This document shows positions 54,649 to 64,000 of a stretch of 64,000 nt of DNA, in pieces. Source of the DNA: Octopus vulgaris. Taxonomy: Eukaryota. The translations under genes were made by a program, and so were the position numbers. Position 1 is the stretch's first letter; each line of letters begins with the position of its first letter. Below the pieces are notes generated by a model. The model was not told the origin of the DNA. It made no database searches and was given only the letters and a program-made list of their open reading frames with translations. The stretch lies in the NCBI GenBank assembly GCA_951406725.2, contig OX597824.1:81034001-81098000 (forward strand). The letters are read 5' to 3'.

Positions 54649-55210
54649 GACAAACGCAACAAAGAGAGAGAAGAGAGAGAAAGAAGGAATCAGAGAGGAG
54701 AAGGGATGGGTGTCGAAGAATGACCTGTGAGTGCAGAGCGAGACAAAGAAATAGGAGGGTAGTGGAAGACTAGACCAAAGAATCAGAGGAAAGAGAAGAG
54801 AAAAAGAGGATGAGTAGAGAGAAAAGAGAGAGAGGGGGACAGATCAAGTAAAAATGAGAGAGAGAGAGAGACAAACAGAGAGTCGTACCAATTATTAAGA
54901 ATATGTGCTCACATAAATGTTAAGGGGGGTACGGGGCGCCTGGAATATATGTTAAGGTATGTAGAAAAATACAACATGGACAAGAACGTATAACTCTTAG
55001 AAGACGACACAATAAACACGGACAGGACATTCGAAACCCTCAGTCTTCAGTCAAGAACCGGATCATCGTAGTAATTTCGGCTGATTAATCTTGAGATTAC
55101 TAGATCACGGCCAGCCCTCCAAGAAAAACCAAGCAACGAGCATTAGAAAAACTAAGCTGGAAGCGTAGATTTCCTGGAAGAAGGATCGAATGCATACGAA
55201 CACCAGGACA
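54095..55210. mobile_element. Non-coding element with identical 259-bp direct repeats (Penelope pseudo-LTR or retrozyme-like)
   Basis: 54095-54353 matches 54952-55210 by eye; period 857 bp; flanked by (TA)n. Confidence 0.75.
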
Positions 55211-55427
55211 ATATATATATATATAGTCACGTAGAGGCAAATATATATATGAACATGATTGCTTGTTTATATTTCTTTTTAAATTTTATGAAGAGCTTTT
55301 TATTTTCTGTTTCGATATAATTGAATTGCGATGTGAATGGTATCTTGTAATTCTTCTGAAGGAACGTTGTTTAGTGGTTACTGTATTCGGCTAAAGTAGG
55401 TAAAAAGAAAGCACACGTACCATACAG

Positions 55428-55448
55428 TACCACCACCACCGTCATCAA

Positions 55449-55498
<50 letters not shown>

Positions 55499-55522
55499 AT
55501 AATAATAATAATGATGATGATG

Positions 55523-55592
<70 letters not shown>

Positions 55593-55615
55593 TGATGATG
55601 ATAATAATAATAATG

Positions 55616-55695
<80 letters not shown>
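55428..55695. repeat. (TAC)n/(TAA)n trinucleotide tract
   Basis: Directly visible. Confidence 0.95.
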
Positions 55696-55696
<1 letters not shown>

Positions 55697-56641
55697 TTGC
55701 TGCTGCCCCTGCTGCTGTCAAATATTACACATACGAGATTTAAGAGAGAAGGAGAGAACAGGCAAGTCAATGGACCTCACTTCTTGTCTGGTATTTTATT
55801 TTATCGTCTGTGAAACGATAAAAGCGGGGGTAAAAATCGACCTCGGCGGGGATTTGAACTCAGAACGCAAAGAGCAGTAATTAAATACCCACAAGGCATT
55901 TTTGATAGACGTGCTACCACTCAACTTCCTCATTCTTCATTCTGTCATGCACTTTCATCGTATCATTAAAACATATTAAATGCATTCATATCAATGGATA
56001 TTTTCCACTTCAGAGACGCCATTTTCTGAAGCATCATTTCATTACATACATAACGTTTTAATTGCGCTGTTAACTTCTACGGTTTCCCTACTTTCTTTTC
56101 TTCCTCCATTTTCTCGCTATTTATTTTGCTTTCCATCCCTCTTCTTCCGTCTTCCTTTACATCTCTGTCCTTGTCACCTTACCTTACTTCATTATATTCA
56201 ACATTTTAACATCTTCCTGTATTTCTTGACCGTTCTGCTTCGTTACTGGCAACAATTTGATTGGCTGGTTTTGATCTATGGACACCATATTGTGCTATAT
56301 ATTACAACTAAATCTTAAACACTAAAGAAGAAAGAAAAAAATGATGACACCCCCTTACCGAAAACCCGACCACCTAAAACCCTCAACAATACAAGAAAAA
56401 TCACTCATAATTGCTACTGCCAACCGACCAAATAAAATCATAGCATTGTCCGAAGTTTCACCATCATCAAACGGTCACTTACTGGTCATCTTACTTTGTG
56501 ATTTAATCACCAGCAAACGTTTCCTTTTAAAGCGTGAAGCCTATGTGTATATATGTGTAAATATATAAATATATAGTTATATGAATATACACACACATAT
56601 ATATATATATACATATATACATATACATAGATATATATATG

Positions 56642-56711
<70 letters not shown>

Positions 56712-56915
56712 CGTGTATATGTGTGTATGCATGTATGCATCTGCATATATGTATATGTATATATGTGTATATATATGTATATAATATATATATATATATA
56801 TACATATACACGTACATATATATATACATATACACGTATATATATATATACATATATATAAATATATATATATATATATACGTATATATATATATATACG
56901 TATATATATATATAC

Positions 56916-56980
<65 letters not shown>

Positions 56981-57203
56981 AACACGTCTTCAATGAAAAC
57001 AGAAATGAGGCGGAGAGTGAAATATTTATATGATATCGTCGTCTATTACCGTAATTGAGTTTGTTGAGAAAAGGCGAAAGGAAATGTCTTTGTAAAAGAT
57101 ATTTGATTGGTCTGTTAGACATTCGACTGAAATGTGTCTTGCATTGTATGTTGCTGGTGCTTTTGGATCTGTGGTTCTCACCATGTTTCCAATGAAAAAT
57201 AAA

Positions 57204-57258
<55 letters not shown>

Positions 57259-57353
57259 TAGTGGAGAAAGAGACACAGAATAAGAGAGGAAGGAAGAGAA
57301 AGGGAGAGAACGGTACGTATATATATATATATATATATACATATATACATATC

Positions 57354-57758
<405 letters not shown>

Positions 57759-57892
57759 TATATATAGGAAAAGTTCTCCGGATATGAGATAATTTGAATA
57801 TTTTGTTTTGAAATTCGACTGTAAACGTTTCCTTTCTTCTTTTCAATCTCTGTAAAGATTTTTTAGGGAAGGGTTTTACATTCTTGGATAGT

Positions 57893-58056
57893 CGGAGTGG
57901 CTGTGTGGTAAGTAGCTTGCTTTTCAACCACATGGTTCTGGATTCAGTCTCACTGCGTGGCACCTTGGGAAAGTGTCTTCTACTGTAACCTCGGGCCGAC
58001 CAAAGCCTTGTCAGTGGATTTGGTATACGGAAACTGAAAGAAGCCCGTCGTATATA

Positions 58057-58111
<55 letters not shown>

Positions 58112-58112
58112 A

Positions 58113-58168
<56 letters not shown>

Positions 58169-58340
58169 TGTGTCTGTGTTTATCCCCCTTGCATTGCTTG
58201 ACAACCGTAACTTAGCGGTTCGGCAAACGAGACCGATCGAATAAGTACTAGACTTGCAAAGAATAAGTCCCGGGGTCGATTTCTTCGACTAAATGGCGGT
58301 GCTCTAGCATGGCCACAGTCAAAAGACTGAAACAAGTAAA
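57893..58340 (+). mobile_element. SINE family A
   Basis: Head, body and tail with internal (TA)n(TG)n. Confidence 0.85.
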
Positions 58341-58916
58341 AGAGTAAAAAGCGTAAAGAGTAGCTCATTTCTAATATATTTCAAATTCATTTTGCGTTTT
58401 ACTGCCCTTCTCGCTATGCACGTTAATAATGTTATTAGTAATCATGGTTTATTACACGCATGTGAGTGAGAACACTTTGAGATATTTTTGGTATCTAACA
58501 TATGTCAGATACTGCGAGTGCTGCTTCTGATTGGTCAATCCATGGTGATGACCCGAGGTCATGGTGACGGCACTACTTTTGTCATTCATAATTTACAACT
58601 AAACTTCATTCATTACTTTCACGAGCAGGTAGAATGTAGTCATGTAATTAAACAAACATACTATCTTTTCAGTTATCAGTCATTTCACCTGAAAACTTAG
58701 CGCTATAAAGTCGGACTATCTTCCTGCGGCATGATATCTTTTACAGTTACACATTGTGACGTCACTGACGTGAAATCAAGCTGTATTCATGCGCGTTTTA
58801 ACACGATGTGAAGAAATTAGTTATTGGGTTAATAAAATATGGTCGTTTATTCGTGTGTAATAAATAAAATACCAAACTCATTCCCTATGGATACCGTGTT
58901 TATTTCAACTCGTGGC

Positions 58917-58962
58917 TTGTAAACGTATCTAACGAGCGAAAGCGAGTTAGATACGTTTACAA
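58917..58962. repeat. Perfect 17-bp stem hairpin with gagcgaaagcga loop
   Basis: ttgtaaacgtatctaac / gttagatacgtttacaa. Confidence 0.85.
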
Positions 58963-58999
58963 CGTGCTAGCTACGTTATCAACGTGTTTATCATAGCTG

Positions 59000-59586
59000 T
59001 AACATCATCATTATCGTCATCGTCGTCATCATTATGGTTACTGCTCTTTTCGTCATCAATATCATTACCCTCAACATCATCACCACCGTATTATCAGCAC
59101 CAACATCATCATTACCATCACTTCCCTCCAATAATACCGTCCCTGTTATCGCCACCAACACAACACACTTCATCGTCGACATCATCGCCATTGTCATCAT
59201 CACCACCACCACCACCACCACCACCACCACCACCACCACCACCACCACCACCACCACCACCACCACCACCAACGCCGCCGCCGCCACCACCACCACCACC
59301 ACCACTGTTATCATCATCACCGGTGCCAGTACCATAATCGTCATCGCCGTCGTTGTCGTCGTCATCAACATCATCATCATTACAATCAACATTAGCTTAA
59401 TCATCATTACCACCAAAACCGCTACGACCAAACCACCTCAACCATCCAGCAACCATCACGACTATCAGTGATAATCAACATCCATCATTATCGTCATCAT
59501 CATCATCATCACCGGTGCCAGTACCATAATCTTCGTCGTCGTTGTCATCATCATCATTATCATCATTATCGTCATCATAATCATCG

Positions 59587-59634
<48 letters not shown>

Positions 59635-59791
59635 CCATCATCATCATCACCGGTGCCAGTACCATAATCGTTATCGTCATCGTTGTCGACGTCGTCATCA
59701 TCACCGGTGCCAGTACCATAATCTTCGTCATCATCATCATCATCATCATTATCATCATTATCATCATTATCATCATCATCATCATCATCAT
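59000..59791. repeat. (ATC)n/(ACC)n tract with four copies of caccggtgccagtaccataatc
   Basis: Copies near 59318, 59510, 59648 and 59702. Confidence 0.9.
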
Positions 59792-59880
59792 GAAAAATCT
59801 TCCAGTCTCTATTTACATTGGTGTTCTCTATAATGACACTAAATATAAAAAAAAAGAAAACTATATACATAGAAGGTAAA

Positions 59881-59923
<43 letters not shown>

Positions 59924-60360
59924 AGAAAAACTCGGACAATGAAGAAGAAAAGAAACCAAAAACAAACAAATGTTAGCTACAGCACGTTGCTATTCAGTGT
60001 TCACAGAATACCTAACAGCTACATACAAGATGAGGGACGGGTGAGTGACCTGTCCGCATTTCGGACATGTAACCTTCTGACATTGTCCAACAAACGCCAT
60101 AATGAAACTAGATGATTCCTCTCTCTTAACATCCATAAATTCTTTTTTTGTCTCATCTCCCCCCCACCACCACCGTATATACAGTTTATCACCCCCACCC
60201 TCCTCCATTCGTTTTAAACCTTACAGCCATACGCATCTGTCTTGCTCGGAGGTCGTTAAGAGAGAGAAGCGTGGATGTTTGAATAGCTGAGGTCTTTTTT
60301 TTTGTCTAACAATGGCGATGGAAAGAAGCTCGTAACTTGGTTTTAGAGACGAGTCGATCG

Positions 60361-60386
60361 ATTCGTCTATTCATCCATTCGTGTAT

Positions 60387-60484
<98 letters not shown>

Positions 60485-60512
60485 GCACACACACACACAC
60501 GCACACGCACAC

Positions 60513-60560
<48 letters not shown>

Positions 60561-60618
60561 TCGTCTATTCATCTATTCGTGTATCCACACACACACACAC
60601 ACACACGCGCGCGCGCAC

Positions 60619-60678
<60 letters not shown>

Positions 60679-60724
60679 TCGTCTATTCATCTATTCGTGT
60701 ATCCACACACACACACACACACAC

Positions 60725-60765
<41 letters not shown>

Positions 60766-60789
60766 TCGTCTATTCATCTATTCGTGTAT

Positions 60790-60856
<67 letters not shown>
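60361..60856. repeat. Four-unit compound tandem repeat: 28-bp anchor plus variable (CA)n
   Basis: attcgtctattcatc(c/t)attcgtgtatcc near 60361, 60559, 60677 and 60764. Confidence 0.9.
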
Positions 60857-60874
<18 letters not shown>

Positions 60875-61072
60875 CGTGTTTCTATCTGTATATGCTTATT
60901 TATACTCATACACACAAACGCACACGCAGATATATACATATATACATAATCGTACATAGATACATGTATATACATACCTCTCCCCTCATGTATGTGTATG
61001 CACACACATATGTATGTATATATAAGTACACATATATGTATGAAATATTCAGAAAGAGAGAAAATCGGCGAG

Positions 61073-61112
<40 letters not shown>

Positions 61113-62759
61113 ATAGATAGATAGATAGATAGAGAGGGAGAGAGAGATAGAAAGAGAGAGATCTGGTACAACGATTTCTGAAGATGCCAAAACTGAAGAG
61201 ATCCCGGGGTCAAATGTGACCCTTAGGTATGAGATAGATGTTGCCGTTACTGTTTATGATACTGTTTAGACTTGATTTGAGATTTAGGGCAGCGGATTTT
61301 GATCTGGTACACAGCGTTCTGAGTTCAAATCCGTCTTCTAGTCTAAATTGTTTTTCATTCTTTCTGGTTCCAATACTAATCTAACTACATGTCTACATTT
61401 CTCGATTTGCGTTTTATCAGAGAATAAAGTGGGATCCGTTGGGTTATCTTTGCATTCTAAGATCAAATCCTACCCACTTCTGCTACCAAAGCGATACTTC
61501 TGTCAAAGCAGCAGCTGGCAGATAATAACAATAACCCTTTCTTATTTTGGCACAATGCCAGCAATTTTGAGGCGTGTGGGTGAGTGTGGCGGGGGATGAT
61601 TACATTTGACCCATTGTACTCAACTGGGACCTTTTTTTATTGACTCTGAAATGACGAAGGGTAAAGTAGAACTTCCGTTGGAAAGTGAACTCATAGCGTG
61701 AAGACGGAAGAAACGTCGCCAAGTATTTTATCCGGCAAATGACTTCCACCATAGAACAATGACATGATGAAGCGGAAACTATGTGAAAGCCCGTGGTAGA
61801 TATATACATGAAAAACACACACGAACACATACCCAACCACCCAAACACGCACACACAGAGGAGTGGCGGAAATGTATAATAATTTAAGTATCATGAACTA
61901 AAAGTTCTTTATTAACTTATTAAGATTATTTCAATCAAGACTGATACCCGGTATTAGTTAAAAGAATATTGATGTTATCGGGCATGCTAATTATATATTA
62001 ATTTTATAATTAAAAGGTATAATATAGGTTTCAGAAGTTATCAGTGTTAATCCGTACATGATATTACAGTTTCTTAGGGGAATTTAATTAGAAGGGCTAC
62101 TTGTATAAATGCCAATATAAATACTAAGATCAGGATGGTAGAACACTTTAAGAAAGGGATAAAAAATGTAATTACTAAAACTATTAAAACAATATACACA
62201 TATTGTATAAAGTTAAAATTTAGGGATATCAAGGAGATTTAGCAATGCGGTCGAAAGGACAAATTAACTATATATTAATTTAATTATAATCTAAGCAATT
62301 TAATTTTAAGTTGTAAAGATACCCTTATTGTTTTATATATAAGCTAAGTATGAACTTATAGGGGTACACAATTTAGGTTTATCTAAAGGCAATTATAAAG
62401 TATTAAAAAGTAATAAAATGATCAGGTGGGGTAGAACACCATAGAAAAAGGAATAAAATAGCTTAATCACTAAAAATCACGATGAAGAATATATACAATT
62501 TTGTAACATCAGAGAAGATTTATAGAAAATGTATACAATTCAAGTATTTAAAACTAAAAATTATTTATTTATTTATTTAGCTTGTATATATAAAGACTGA
62601 TACCCTATATTAACTAAAGGAATATTGACGTTGTGGGACATGTTAACTATATATTAATTTTAAGCGGAGAAGTTTCTTATAGGTTTTAAATCACTAGATC
62701 AATAAAGTGCTACTTTCTAAAATATTTAAAGGTACGGGTGACACTCGTATGTTCACATG

Positions 62760-63090
62760 ATACCCTAAGGTCTAATCGATTATTAAACAGGTTGCCTTTA
62801 TCTTTTTGCTAAAAATTTCATGTTTCCATAAAGCACAGCTCACACCTATATCTGCTATTTCTATAAGGCTGTGCATTTCTTATTATTTCCCATTTGAGGC
62901 TAAGCTCAATTTCACGTTCCTTCAATTCCCAAATCTTACTGGATAATGACGTGCAATTCGCTTCATGCTTAAGTTTAAAGGACGACATGTGGTTGTACAG
63001 ACGCTGTTTCATATTAATCGAACAACCGATATATATAAAATTATTAGTTGTAGTTTTTATTGAACATTTATATATTACGTTCTGGGTAAG
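62760..63090 (-). pseudogene. Penelope-like GIY-YIG endonuclease remnant, second lineage
   Basis: LTQNVIYKCSIKTTTNNFIYIGCSINMKQRLYNHMSSF...TSLSSKIWELK...WEII..AQPY....CELC. Confidence 0.85.
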
Positions 63091-63161
63091 ACATAGGCCT
63101 TTTGCTGAACCGCTAGCTTACGGTTGTCAAGCGATGGTGGTGGGGACAAACACAAACCCAA

Positions 63162-63221
<60 letters not shown>

Positions 63222-63223
63222 AA

Positions 63224-63269
<46 letters not shown>

Positions 63270-63289
63270 TGCGTGTATGTCCTTGTAGC

Positions 63290-63475
63290 TGTGGCTGTCC
63301 CCTCACCACCATCGATTGACACCCGTTATAGGTGTGTTTTCGTGCCCCTAACTTAGCGGTTCGGCAAAAGAGAACAAGTACAGGGCTTACAAAGAATAAG
63401 TGCTGGGGAAGATTTCTTCGACTGAAAGGCGATACTCCAGCATGGTCGCATGGACTTAAACAGGTAAAAGAATAA
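63290..63475 (+). mobile_element. SINE family A 3' half, diverged
   Basis: Tail motifs. Confidence 0.7.
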
Positions 63476-63616
63476 ATGGATATAGGTATTATCCTCTTTA
63501 TCCACTTCTCTTGGAATCTCTCGTTTTATCTCCTGATTTGCCTTCATCTGTCTGTCTATCTGTCTGTCTGCTGTCTGGCTGTCTGCTGTCTGGCTGTCTA
63601 CATGTCTGTCTGTCTA

Positions 63617-63699
<83 letters not shown>

Positions 63700-63881
63700 C
63701 TTTAAAAAAAATTTTTTTTTTGTTCTTTTCTTCCCTTTTACGATCCCTCTTGATCGAAAACCTACGCCACCCCTTTTTTTTGTTTCTTTTGTTTTTTGTT
63801 TTTTTCATCCCCCAAAAGAAAAGCGCTACCTTGTAACTTGTCCCATCTGTGTGCAGCCCTGTGTGGCCAATAAAGAAACTT
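63700..63881 (+). mobile_element. Retroelement 3' end inserted in (TATC)n
   Basis: Near-identical to 30680-30946. Confidence 0.7.
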
Positions 63882-64000
63882 ATCTATCTATCTGTCTGTC
63901 TGCCTGTCTATCTCTTTTTGCTCACTCGATTCATCTCTCTTCTCTTCGCTCTCTCTCTCTCTCTTTTCTCTTCTTATTCTGATCTTGTTTCTTTTCGCTA

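Noticed and set aside
59465-59969. Acidic Asp-rich ORF with DYGTGTG repeats resembling a biomineralisation protein
   Set aside because: Trinucleotide tract open in multiple frames, and its N-terminus runs through a (TG)n microsatellite.
60361-60856. CRISPR-like repeat-spacer appearance
   Set aside because: The spacers are (CA)n of variable length, there are no cas genes and the context is eukaryotic.

Overview
AT-rich eukaryotic non-genic DNA (intergenic or deep intronic) saturated with microsatellites. The repeat landscape suggests an octopus or other coleoid cephalopod (inference, not verified). I found no intact host protein-coding gene; almost all ORFs in the track are microsatellite read-throughs. 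Real coding remnants are all transposon-derived: two Penelope-like GIY-YIG endonuclease fragments, a 5'-truncated CR1-group LINE RT, a decayed Tc1 transposase with TIRs, two mariner fragments and an R4/Dong-like endonuclease fragment. The window also holds at least four tRNA-derived SINE families, two non-autonomous Helitrons, a Helentron-like element and several MITEs. The most notable signal is a set of minimal hammerhead-ribozyme-like motifs in Penelope-type repeats in which the core 3:8 pair appears as C-G, U-A and A-U. Related signals are a non-coding 857-bp-period element with identical 259-bp direct repeats, several fold-back insertions, and LINE/SINE 3'-tail sharing and swapping.
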